64,000 bases of DNA. Source: Octopus sinensis. Lineage: Eukaryota. Made by a program: the position numbers and the translations under genes. The number at the start of each line of letters is the position of its first letter. The first letter of the stretch is position 1. Positions 13,841 to 26,270 of the stretch are shown piece after piece. Under the pieces are notes generated by a model, which ran no database searches, was not told the origin of the DNA, and saw nothing but the letters and a program-made list of their open reading frames with translations. The DNA lies in the NCBI RefSeq assembly GCF_006345805.1, contig NC_042998.1, forward strand, positions 151,590,001 through 151,654,000. The letters are read 5' to 3'.

Positions 13841-13961
13841 AATTACATACATACATAATACATACAAACATGCATACATTTACATAGACATATTATTATA
13901 TATATATAGTATTATACACATGTATGTATATATAAATGGCATATATAGTATGATATATATG

Positions 13962-14001
<40 letters not shown>

Positions 14002-14228
14002 TCATTAATCAATATAGGGTGGCAAGGAAAATTTTGTAGATTTTATGCCACCAGCGGCCCAGCGGGAAAAAAATTAAATAGTCATAGACCATTTTTAAGT
14101 TCAACATTAACAATTAAGGAACGGCCATAATAGGCCATTCACCCACTAGAAATAACAGCCAAAGCTTCTACCGCAAATAAAGATTAATTCCGTAAACAGG
14201 AGAAAATTAAAAAAACATTTACCCTGTA

Positions 14229-14335
14229 ATTTCTTGTACGGTATACCGTTTCATCCGCTGTTTAATGGTATACTAACCTGATTAAATTAAATCAAGCCAA
14301 TCTTCCATAAGCCCTCGGATTCTTCAGCAAGAAAT
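14229..14335 (-). ncRNA. Type I hammerhead ribozyme (array copy 1)
   Basis: Reverse complement of the motif at 15390-15496. Confidence 0.88.
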
Positions 14336-14715
14336 AGCTCAAGACGGAACAGATATTACACGAGGCATACCCAATCTTGCCAAGTCAATATCTGACCTAA
14401 AATTTTCAAATCGTCGCACTCGCGCCAAATTATCGGCAGCAAATAAATATCGCCGTCGATTCCATTACGGAATTAACAAAAAATTCATAATTAATCAATA
14501 TAGGGTGGCAAGGAAAATTTTGTAGAATTTTATTGCCACCAGCGGCCCAGCGGGAAAAAAATTAAATAGTCATAGACCATTTTTAAGTTCAACATTAACA
14601 ATTAAGGAACGGCCATAATAGGCCATTCACCCACTAGAAATAACAGCCAAAGCTTCTACCGCAAATAAAGATTAATTCCGTAAACAGGAGAAAATTAAAA
14701 AACAATTTACCTGTA

Positions 14716-14822
14716 ATTTCTTGTACGGTATACCGTTTCATCCGCTGTTTAATGGTATACTAACCTGATTAAATTAAATCAAGCCAATCTTCCATAAGCC
14801 CTCGGATTCTTCAGCAAGAAAT
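14716..14822 (-). ncRNA. Type I hammerhead ribozyme (array copy 2)
   Basis: Reverse complement of the motif at 15390-15496. Confidence 0.88.
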
Positions 14823-15389
14823 AGCTCAAGACGGAACAGTATATACACGAGGCATACCCAATCTTGCCAAGTCAATATCTGACCTAAAATTTTCAAATCG
14901 TCGCACTCGCGCCAAATTTATCGGCAGCAAATAAATATCAGCCGTCGATTCCATTACGGAATTAACCAAAAAATTCATAATTAATCAATATAGGGTGGCA
15001 AGGAAAATTTTTTTTTTTTTTTTTAATTTTCTCCTGTTTACGGAATTAATCTTTATTTGCGGTAGAAGCTTTGGCTGTTATTTCTAGTGGGTGAATGGCC
15101 TATTATGGCCGTTCCTTAATTGTTAATGTTGAACTTAAAAATGGTCTATGACTATTTAATTTTTTTCCCGCTGGGCCGCTGGTGGCAATAAAATTCTACA
15201 AAATTTTCCTTGCCACCCTATATTGATTAATTATGAATTTTTTGGTTAATTCCGTAATGGAATCGACGGCTGATATTTATTTGCTGCCGATAAATTTGGC
15301 GCGAGTGCGACGATTTGAAAATTTTAGGTCAGATATTGACTTGGCAAGATTGGGTATGCCTCGTGTATATATCTGTTCCGTCTTGAGCT

Positions 15390-15496
15390 ATTTCTTGCTG
15401 AAGAATCCGAGGGCTTATGGAAGATTGGCTTGATTTAATTTAATCAGGTTAGTATACCATTAAACAGCGGATGAAACGGTATACCGTACAAGAAAT
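15390..15496 (+). ncRNA. Type I hammerhead ribozyme (array copy 3), predicted cleavage after GUA at 15488
   Basis: ATTTCTTG-CTGAAGA-ATCCG[58 nt]CGGAT-GAAAC-GG-TATA-CC-GTA-CAAGAAAT: 8-bp stem I, canonical core, 5-bp stem II base, 4-bp stem III. Confidence 0.9.
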
Positions 15497-15887
15497 TACA
15501 GGGTAAATGTTTTTTTAATTTTCTCCTGTTTACGGAATTAATCTTTATTTGCGGTAGAAGCTAGAAGCTTGGCTGTTATTTCTAGTGGGTGAATGGCCTA
15601 TTATGGCCGTTCCTTAATTGTTAATGTTGAACTTAAAAATGGTCTATGACTATTTAATTTTTTTCCCGCTGGGCCGCTGGTGGCAATAAAATTCTACAAA
15701 ATTTTCCTTGCCACCCTATATTGATTAATTATGAATTTTTTGGTTAATTCCGTAATGGAATCGACGGCTGATATTTATTTGCTGCCGATTAATTTGGCGC
15801 GAGTGCGACGATTTGAAAATTTTAGGTCAGATATTGACTTGGCAAGATTGGGTATGCCTCGTGTATATATCTGTTCCGTCTTGAGCT

Positions 15888-15994
15888 ATTTCTTGCTGAA
15901 GAATCCGAGGGCTTATGGAAGATTGGCTTGATTTAATTTAATCAGGTTAGTATACCATTAAACAGCGGATGAAACGGTATACCGTACAAGAAAT
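15888..15994 (+). ncRNA. Type I hammerhead ribozyme (array copy 4), cleavage after 15986
   Basis: Same motif as 15390-15496. Confidence 0.9.
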
Positions 15995-16376
15995 TACAGG
16001 GTAAATGTTTTTTAATTTTCTCCTGTTTACGGAATTAATCTTTATTTGCGGTAGAAGCTTTGGCTGTTATTTCTAGTGGGTGAATGGCCTATTATGGCCG
16101 TTCCTTAATTGTTAATGTTGAACTTAAAAATGGTCTATGACTATTTAATTTTTTTCCCGCTGGGCCGCTGGTGGCAATAAAATTCTACAAAATTTTCCTT
16201 GCCACCCTATATGATTAATTATGAATTTTTTGGTTAATTCCGTAATGGAATCGACGGCTGATATTATTTGCTGCCGATAAATTTGGCGCGAGTGCGACGA
16301 TTTGAAAATTTTAGGTCAGATATTGACTTGGCAAGATTGGGTATGCCTCGTGTATATATCTGTTCCGTCTTGAGCT

Positions 16377-16483
16377 ATTTCTTGCTGAAGAATCCGAGGG
16401 CTTATGGAAGATTGGCTTGATTTAATTTAATCAGGTTAGTATACCATTAAACAGCGGATGAAACGGTATACCGTACAAGAAAT
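16377..16483 (+). ncRNA. Type I hammerhead ribozyme (array copy 5), cleavage after 16475
   Basis: Same motif as 15390-15496. Confidence 0.9.
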
Positions 16484-17495
16484 TACAGGGTAAATGTTTT
16501 TTTAATTTTCTCCTGTTTACGGAATTAATCTTTATTTGCGGTAGAAGCTTTGGCTGTTATTTCTAGTGGGTGAATGGCCTATTATGGCCGTTCCTTAATT
16601 GTTAATATATATATATATATATATATATACTGTGTATATAATATATATATATATATGTATGTATGTATGTATTTATGTATACATATAAATAGATAGACAG
16701 ACAGACAGATAGGCAGGCAGACACGCACACAGAGAAACACACAAATACACAGACAGACAGACAGACAGACAGATATACAAACAGACAGACAAACAAACAG
16801 ACAGACACATACATACATACATACATACATACATACATACATACATACATACATACATACATACATACATACATTGCACTACGAGGTAGATGAGTTTTAA
16901 GGTCAGCAAAAGAAAACCTTAGATCGTTTAAGCGAAATACTTCATCACGAAGTGTGTACAAGAGTCAACAGATAGTTGGTGTTATGACTTTATGTTACCG
17001 TGGATTAAAAAAATCAAAATAATGAAACTAGATTAAGCTCCGCATTGAGAAAATATATAGCATCTAATACAAGTTAATTCAGCAGATATTTCCATGTTTC
17101 AGTGATTATCACATTACTAGCAGCTGTTGATTTAAAGACAATTAGTTATGTAGCCGTACAATCTAGAGCAGTCATTGATATCACAAATGCTCGATACAGA
17201 AATTGATCAGGACAAACACAGGAACGAAGCGGTCAGTTTATACACCACGGAGAAATAACTGCTGTAGACTAGTGAAAAGTATCTGTAGAATGTTCTACAG
17301 GGGGACTATAATAGATTTTGTTACGTACTACGTAACAGAAGAAAAGGGACATGATCCTAAATAGTGCATCATTTGTTCAATTAAGTAGGACATTTAATCA
17401 CTGAGAGCACACAAGGGTTCAATAGGTAGTCAGAGCTATGGTTTTTATGTAATATAGAAAAATAGTGACAAATAGAGAGAGAGAAAAGTGACAGA

Positions 17496-17540
<45 letters not shown>

Positions 17541-17992
17541 AGTGGATGAGAGAGAGAAGAGGTGGGGAAGACAAGTAACAATATGATGGGGAATCTTGGT
17601 CAATCTCTGAAAACGGAATTTCATATCATAAATTTTGCTATTTTTCTCCCAACAGCAGCCATTTAGTTTCATTGTTTATGAGTGGAGAGGTGTGCGTGTG
17701 TACATATATGTTCGTGTGTGCGTATGTGTACTTGAATGCATATGTGTGTGTGTGTATGCGTGCGTGTGTGTGCGCACCTGTATATAGGTCTAAGTGTGTG
17801 CGCGTCTGAACGTGTGTGTGTGTTGCATGTATGTGTGCCGGTATATGTCTGAGTCTTTTTTTGTGATGCTATGTGAAAACGTGATCATGGATTTGTATAT
17901 ACACATACATATATATATAAACATACTTACTTACACACTTATATATATCCATACATATGCCTAGACATAAATGCACACACACATGCACACAC

Positions 17993-18026
<34 letters not shown>

Positions 18027-18051
18027 GTGTGTGTGTGTGTGTGTGTGTGTG

Positions 18052-18094
<43 letters not shown>

Positions 18095-18270
18095 ATAAAT
18101 ATTAGGGAATATATCCAAATTTACAGGGAAAAAAAATCAGATTTAGGATTAAATCCAATTTTATAGTAAAATATTATAAAATATTATTTGAGACAAAACC
18201 ACTATTTTGCAAAACAAACAAGGAAAGACTTAATCAATACATAAAATTTAATAAATAGTCAAAAAAACCG

Positions 18271-18313
18271 CCACTACAATCGTTTCTTGTCTTGATCGAC
18301 AATCTTCAGGTGG
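18271..18313 (-). ncRNA. Minimal type I hammerhead in inverted pLTR
   Basis: Reverse complement of 19218-19260. Confidence 0.85.
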
Positions 18314-19217
18314 ACTTCCAATCTAAAAAATCAAAATTTTAAAATATAAAAATAATACTTTTAAATAATTAAAGTATAAATGAAAAAATATAAGTATATA
18401 ATCCATATATAACCTATATATAATCCATATCGAAAATATAGACTAATTACCACGAATTCCCTAAAAAAACCATGATAAAACAAAACTCTTAAAAACATAT
18501 AACGATAAAATCTCCCTTTGCTAAACTCTATAACAAACCTATAAAGTAAACCCCCTAACCTAAACATTCACACACAAATACACACACGTAAACCACAGAC
18601 TCAGACTTATACACATACCTATACTAACTTATAAACCTCAATATACACAAAAACCCACTCCCTCCCCACAAACAAATTAACACATACATCCCAAAACCTA
18701 AATAACAAACCCATATACACATTCACACAAAACACACTCTCACACGCAAAACACTCACACACAAAAGATACATATACCCTCACATATACGCCTATACATA
18801 CTCACTAAACTCGACATATACAACAATACTTACACACCCACAAAAAACATTATATACATTTATGAGCTTTAACTCACCTTAGCATCTCTAACAAACAACT
18901 TGCAGTAACCCAATCCCATTCTCTATGCCTACCTCACTACTACACTATTCCATTCACATCCAAGCAACGCTAGTCCACCACCCGGTTATTCACGTGGCAA
19001 AACGAACACCACTCAAAAATTATGAATGAAACAATGTAAAAAAATAACCAACACCTAAAATAGACAAAATACCACGAATTACCTAAAAAAAACCATGATA
19101 AACCAAAACTCATAAAAGCATATAACGATAAAATCTCCCTTTGCTAAACCCTATAACAAACTTATATAGCAATCCCCCTAACCTAAACATTCACACTTGA
19201 TTTTTTAGATTGGAAGT

Positions 19218-19260
19218 CCACCTGAAGATTGTCGATCAAGACAAGAAACGATTGTAGTGG
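19218..19260 (+). ncRNA. Minimal type I hammerhead in 5' pLTR, cleavage after 19256
   Basis: CCAC-CTGAAGA-TTGTC-GATCAA-GACAA-GAAAC-GATT-GTA-GTGG. Stem III region ACGAUUGU is self-complementary with G-U pairs (dimer-type PLE HHR). Confidence 0.87.
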
Positions 19261-19449
19261 CGGTTTTTTTGACTATTTATTAAATTTTATGTATTGATTA
19301 AGTCTTTCCTTGTTTGTTTTGCAAAATAGTGGTTTTGTCTCAAATAATATTTTATAATATTTTACTATAAAATTGGATTTAATCCTAAATCTGATTTTTT
19401 TTCCCTGTAAATTTGGATATATTCCCTAATATTTATTATTTATATAATA

Positions 19450-21061
19450 TTGATAATTTTGTATATTGAGTGTAATACCTCAATTTCGCAAATTATGGAT
19501 TTTACAGGTAAGATAGAACCGCTGTTTTGGGATTCATCTTTGAAAGATATTCCTATTCCTTCTAGAAAGGAATTTATCTTGAAACTTGTTAATAATGTTA
19601 AAGATTTTATTTCTAGAATTAAATGGAAAGCTTTTTACTATAATTTTATTTATTTAATGATATTGATAGTAGGAATGATAATTATACCTCTAAATTTAAA
19701 TCTAGAAAGGAACCTCCATTTAATAAAGAATTACAATTACTTGAAGATAGTATATGGAAGGTGGTAAAAAATATTGAATTCCATAAATACCCAAATAGAA
19801 ATAATGAATATTTAAGGAATTTAGCAATTAAAATTAAAGATATGAGAAATATGGATAGTATTATAGTACAATCTGATAAAACAAGGAACTTATATAAATT
19901 AGATGTTAAATTATATGATAAACTATTAGGGAAAGAAATAATTAAAAAATATAAAATTGTTCCAGATGATATTCTTTATAATATTAATAAGGCCTCTAAG
20001 TAGTAATGTTAAAATATGAGTTGGATAATATAAACTGAACCTTATGTACCTTTGCACCCCAGAATTACTCTTAAAGACCATAAAGATAATTTTTATTCAG
20101 ACCCTAAAGTTAGATTAATTTGCCCATGTAAATCGGACCTAGGTAAATTAAGTAAATTTATTTTAGATAAATATATTGATAAGTTAAATAAATTAATTAT
20201 TTAAAATTATGGTTTAGTAATAATAATACATTGAAATGGTTTAATAATATTAAAGATAAAAATCGTTATAAATTTATTCAAATAGATATAGATAATTATT
20301 ATTCTTCTATTAATGAAATTGTGTTTAATAAAGCGCTTATTTTCGCAATGAATAAAGTGGGCATGTCACGGAAGAAGTTAATGTAATAAATTGGCTAGGA
20401 AATCGCTAATTAAATATAAAAATAAATTATGGGCTAGGAATGATACTGAGATTGTTTTGATATACCTATGGGAGCACCAGATTCTGCACAGGCTACTGAT
20501 TTAGTAGGTATTTTTCTTTTATCTGAACTCCAATTAGAAAATCTTAAGATAGAGGGTGGTTTATATAGAGACGATCTTCTACTAGTTACAAAGAATTGTA
20601 CTAATAGGAATCTAGAAGTATATAAGAAAAAACTATATAGTTTCTTTAAAAGATATGGTTTACGTATTACTATATATAAGGAGAATTATAATGTTAATTA
20701 TTTAGATGTTAATTTTAATCTTATTACAGGTAAAACACAACCATATCATAAATAATGAGAACCTTAGATATATAAATGTTAATAGTAATCACCCATTTTC
20801 TATTAAAAAATCGTTGATTAATAATATAAGTAAACGTATTTCATTACTCTCTTATGATATAGAGATTTTTAATAAACATGCTAATTATTATAATGAGGCC
20901 CTTAGAGGGGCAGGTTATAATAAGAATATTAAATTTTATAATATTAGCGATAATGATTTAAATGATAATTTTCGAGATACTTCTAATAATAATTATAATT
21001 TTGTTACGTTTAGTGGTAAAAATAATAGATATTATAAAAAAATAATAAAAATGATAAAAAT

Positions 21062-21092
<31 letters not shown>

Positions 21093-21994
21093 TAATAATA
21101 ATAATATAAATAAGAATAATATAAATAAAAATAAATTTAATAATTATTATAATAATTATATTGATAAATTAATAATATTAATAATTCCTTAAATGCTGTA
21201 CATAGATATAATTCTGATAATAATTTTAATAAAATAAAGAATTATAAATATTTATAATAATGATAATAATAATAAGGTTAATAAGAATAAAATTTGGTTA
21301 AGTTCCTTATGGAGATCAAGTTAAAACGAATATTATTAAAGAGATTTTAGATGTTATAGAACTATTTATTAGAGATAATCGTAAATATAGAAACATTTTC
21401 TCTTTTAATAATTTTGGAGTTGGTTACTCTACCACTAATAATGTTGGTAACATTATTTCTTCATTTAATAAATATAAACTGAATAATTTTTATAAAAAGA
21501 AATTATTTGATAATAATATTATAATGATAAGACTTATATTAATTGTACTTGTAGAGATAAATCTAATTGTAATTAAATAATAATTGTGATATTAACGATG
21601 TAGTGTATAAATGTATAGTTACATTACATGATAATAACTTTAAGAATAATAATTACACAAAAGCGGTTTATATAGGTTCTACTTCCTCAAAAATAAAACT
21701 AAGAATTGCACAACATATGAATTCTTTTAAAAATAAAAACTTAATCAACTCAACCGGACTTAGTAAGTATATTTGGAGTCTTAAATCACTAAATATTAAT
21801 TATAGTTTAATTTGGGAAATAATTGTAAAACTAAATCATATAATATAGGAGCTAATTGTTGTTATTTATGCTCTAATGAGTTTAAAGAAATTTTATTTTA
21901 TAAGTATGATAATTTACTTAATACTGGGGAGGAGCGCAAAATAAAATGTAGACACAAGTTACTTTACTTATATAATAAGTTTCATGATAAATAG
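19450..21994 (+). pseudogene. Penelope RT-GIY-YIG polyprotein, frameshifted as assembled
   Basis: SLKDIPIPSRKEFILKL...RIKWKAF; MGAPDSAQATDLVG...GGLYRDD; YINVNSNHP; VYKC...VYIGST...RIAQHMNSF...LSKYIWSLK...CYLC...CRHK. Confidence 0.9.
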
Positions 21995-24097
21995 CAATAA
22001 TAGTTCCCTTTTAGGTTATTTTAGTTTAGTTTAAATTAGTTTAGATGATATATTTTTGGTTATGTTGTCTAGGATTTAATTATAGTTAGTCTTTATTGAT
22101 ATTTCTTTGTTTTAATTAGTTCATTTTTAATGTATATTAATTTAGCAGTTTATGGTACGTTAAAACTTTAATAATTTATATTAGATTTTTTATTTTTTTA
22201 TTTTTATTTTTATTTATTTTATTTTTATTATGTATTTTATTTTGCATTTGTTATATGTATTTTGAGGATATATTATATGTTGGGGTTATTTAGTGGTGTT
22301 TTTATTTGTTTTTATTGAGTTTTGTATGTATGTGTGAATGTTTAAGATCCCTTTGTTTTTTGTTTTTTATTTGTATGTTGAATTGACAGATTTTATTTGG
22401 GTATTGTCTTTTATAATAAAGTACACACCCATAACAATTATAAGTGCCCACTTCATTCGTTGTACTTGTGTTTGCATGTGAGCCTCAGCATATGCACCTA
22501 ACGGCCACTCCAGCCCCACATGGATAAATAAACACATACATCCCCTAAAAATAATAATAATAAAAAAAAAAAAAAAAAAATATAAAAAAAAAAAAAAAAA
22601 AAAAAATTGCTACGTGGAAATAGTTTTTAGTTCCATTTATTATATTTCTCCATTCATACTATGAATGACGTTTACTTTCTATGGCGCGTATTCTTTTTTT
22701 ACATTAGTTATTTCCATGGTAACGTAATTTTGTTTGGTTTTTTAACGGCTAAGAATCTAATTTCACTTCATAATTTGTAACTGAATTGTAAGTATGTATT
22801 TGATTTATCCTTATGTCATAATGTTATTTTTGATATTCTGGTTAATTACGATGTATTTATTGTTGTTTTCATAAGAGTGTTTATGTATATGAGATTGGTT
22901 GTGAGTTTTTAATTGTATAATTAATTTATTTATCTGTATGAGTGTGGGTGTAAATATTGTGTATATATCGAGTTTAGTGAGTATATATGCGTATATGTGA
23001 GGAGCATATGTATCTGTTGTGTGTGTGTGTTTTGCGTGTGTGTGTGTGTGTGTGGAATGTGTATTTGGGTTTGTTATTTAGGATTTGGGATGTATGTGTT
23101 AATTTGTCTGTGTGGGGAGGGAGTGGTTTTTGGTGTATATTGAGGTTTATAAGTTAGTATAGGTTTGTGTATAAGTCTTGGTCTGTGGTTTACGTGTGGG
23201 TTTTTTGTGTGTGAATGTTTAGGTTAGGGGGATTGCTATATAAGTTTGTTATAGGGTTTAGCAAAGGGAGATTTTATCGTTATATGCTTTTATGAGTTTT
23301 GGTTTATCATGGTTTTTTTTAGGTAATTCGTGGTATTTTGTCTATTTTAGGTGTTGGTTATTTTTTTACATTGTTCATTCATAATTTTTGAGTGGTGTTC
23401 GTTTTGCCACGTGAATAACCGGGTGGTGGACTAGCGTTGCTTGGAATGTGAATGGAATAGTGTAGTAGTGAGGTAGGCATAGAGAATGGGATTGGGTTAC
23501 TGCAAGTTGTTTGTTAGAGATGCTAAGGTGAGTTAAAGCTCATAAATGTATATAATGTTTTTTGTGGTGTGTGTAAGTATTGTTGTATATGTCGAGTTTA
23601 GTGAGTATGTATAGGCGTATATGTGAGGGAGTATATGTATCTTTTGTGTGTGAGTGTTTTGCGTGTGAGAGTGTGTTTTGTGTGTGAATGTGTATATGGG
23701 TTTGTTATTTAGGTTTTGGGATGTATGTGTTAATTTGTCTGTGTGGGGAGGGAGTGGGTTTTGGTGTATATTGAGGTTATAAGTTAGTATAGGTATGTGT
23801 ATAAGTCGTGAGTCTGTGGTTTACGTGTGTGTATTTGTGTGTGAATGTTTAGGTTAGGGGGTTTACTTTATAGGTTTGTTATAGAGTTTAGCAAAGGGAG
23901 ATTTTATCGTTATATGTTTTTATGAGTTTTGTTTTATCATGGTTTTTTTAGGGAATTCGTGGTAATTAGTCTATATTTTCGATATGGATTATATATAGGT
24001 TATATATGGATTATATACTTATATTTTTTCATTTATACTTAATTATTTAAAAGTATTATTTTTATATTTTAAAATTTTGATTTTTTAGATTGGAAGT

Positions 24098-24140
24098 CCA
24101 CCTGAAGATTGTCGATCAAGACAAGAAACGATTGTAGTGG
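24098..24140 (+). ncRNA. Minimal type I hammerhead in 3' pLTR, cleavage after 24136
   Basis: Identical to 19218-19260. Confidence 0.87.
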
Positions 24141-24226
24141 CGGTTTTTTTGACTATTTATTAAATTTTATGTATTGATTAAGTCTTTCCTTGTTTGTTTT
24201 GCAAAATAGTGGTTTTGTCTCAAATA

Positions 24227-24283
<57 letters not shown>

Positions 24284-25257
24284 TTGTCCGTTTTCTAAAA
24301 GCTTTGCTGTCATTGTGAATATATCTGAATACATGTGAGTGTGCGCGCGAGCATGTGTATGTGTGTGCGCATGCGTGTTTATGTGTGTTGTTTTCCTAAA
24401 TGTGTTTTAAACATTTTCAGTGTACTTATCTGTGCATTTTTGTGTGGTTGTGCAGGAGTACTTCTGTGCGTATGTGTGCGTGTTTGCTCATGTCCATCAG
24501 CTTTTACGTTTGTATCGGGTATTTACTGATTTTTATAAGCATGTATATATTATGTGTATATATATGTGTGTATGTGTGTGTGTATGTATGTATGTATGCG
24601 TGTATAGATGTATATATATATATATATATAAATATATACCTATATATAAACACACACACACATATATGTATGAGTACATACATACACATATGTATGTATG
24701 TACATTTGTGTGACTAGGTGTGTATTTTGATGAAAGTGTGTATATGCGTTTGCATGTGTGTGTATGTAGATTTGTAACTATGCTCGTTTGCAAATGTTCC
24801 CCCTTTATGAATGCCTCTAAATTGCTGGATATTCCATGCTTTCATTTAGCTGTGAATGAAAGTACATGTATGTGAATCTGCATGCGTTTGTGTGCATGCA
24901 TGTGTATGTTTCTGTGTGTATTGCTGTTTTTTTATACATTGTGTTTGTGAATGAATTTATATCACTCTGTGTTCCTGTTTTTGTGTACATAAACACACAC
25001 GCGCACGCACACACACACGTACATACACACGCCATTTTGCTCTTATTTTTTTAGGCTATATTTCTATGCTATTTTTATGTGTTCCTTTAAGGATCTTTTT
25101 TTCTCTTTCTTTTACTTTTCTATGCCTATATTAACCAATTGCAGTTTGTGTGAGTATGGGTGTACATAATATATGTGTGTGTGTATACATATATACATAT
25201 AGATTTACATATATGCATGTGTGTGTGTGTGTGTATGTGTATGTGTGTGTGTGTATA

Positions 25258-26270
25258 CAGGGTGCGTAAGTTATATGAGGACATACCTTTTTTGGGTCAT
25301 TGCTGCATTTTTTGCTAACTCTGTATAATCTTTGTTTCAGAAAATAATAATGGCAGACCTTCAGCTTACTCAAGAAAGGAAGAGGCATGCTGTTATTGTG
25401 GTTATAAAGGCTAAACTTAGCGATTAGAAATATCTCGATTTTTAAAAGTTGCCAGATCTTTCGTCTACAACGTTTGTAAAGAGCTAGAGATTAAAGATGG
25501 AAACGTATCAGCAATATTAAAGCATAAAAAGCATTCCAAACGCTCTGAAATCATCAGAACACCTGAATTTATCCAGCAAGTTCAACAGCCCATTGATTAT
25601 AATCCCAGAAAGTCCATGAAGTCAATTGCTAAAAGATCTCCATGTGTCAGAAGGAAGAGTCAGAAATGTTGTCCACAAAGACATCAGATATAAGTCTTAT
25701 ATGATGAGGAAAGGTCAATTTGTCAGAAAAAGCAAAAGAAAATCATTACCTCATATCTAAAAGGCTCTTAAACAAACTGAAAAATCCAGCAGAAGATTTC
25801 ATTTAGTTTTTTCAAATGAGAAAAACTTCGACCAAGATCAAAAAGTTAACAGAAGAAATAACAGATGGTTATGTGCAGACCCTTCTGAAGTTCCAAGTGT
25901 TATGCATACAAAATTTCCTGCAACTGTCATGGTTTTAGGGGTTGTCATTGATGAAGAACATGTGATACCTCCTTACTTCTTTCCCCAAGGACTTAGATTT
26001 AACTCTGCCGCCTACATTGAGGTCCTGGAAATGATTGTTAAGCCCTGAATGGACAACGTATGCAATTGAAGGCCATATGTTTCAGTAAGATTCTGCACTA
26101 TCACGTATAGTTCTAGTAACACAGGAATGGATGGCTGAAAATTTTCATGATCACATAGCCACTAACATTTGGCCCCCTAATTCCTCAGATCTCAATCTAT
26201 TGGACTATTACACGTGGAGAGTTATTGTGAGAGAGGTCAATGAACACGCCCACAACACCTAAGATTCTTC
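25258..26270 (+). mobile_element. DD37D (maT) Tc1/mariner transposon remnant
   Basis: TA|CAGGGTG start. Frameshifted transposase: FSNEKNFDQDQKVN...TKFPATVMVLG, then D-SALSR...WPPNSSDLNLL-DYY with exactly 37 residues between the aspartates. Confidence 0.85.

Larger units (their letters stand above)
14001..16606. repeat. ~490-bp tandem repeat (about 2 copies one way, then about 3.2 inverted), each full unit with a hammerhead ribozyme; candidate retrozyme array
   Basis: Near-identical units with HHR spacings of 487, 498 and 489 nt. Orientation switch in a T run at 15008-15024. (TA)n on both flanks. Confidence 0.92.
18091..24236 (+). mobile_element. Penelope-clade retroelement, near full length, with direct pLTRs and a ~1-kb inverted 3' copy on the left
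   Basis: Direct repeats start at 19197 and ~24077. 18175-19196 is the reverse complement of 23209-24236. RT plus GIY-YIG ORF lies between; (TA)n on both flanks. Confidence 0.93.

Noticed and set aside
15233-15931. Identical 66-aa ORFs (15233-15433, 15731-15931) in the tandem repeat
   Set aside because: They are short with no recognisable motif, and the equivalent frame is not called in the other copies, which differ by 1-nt indels. Not supported as coding, although assembly indels cannot be excluded.
14001-16606. Array as CRISPR or 5S/snRNA gene cluster
   Set aside because: The units are fully repeated with no unique spacers, and I see no 5S, U snRNA or SL RNA sequence.
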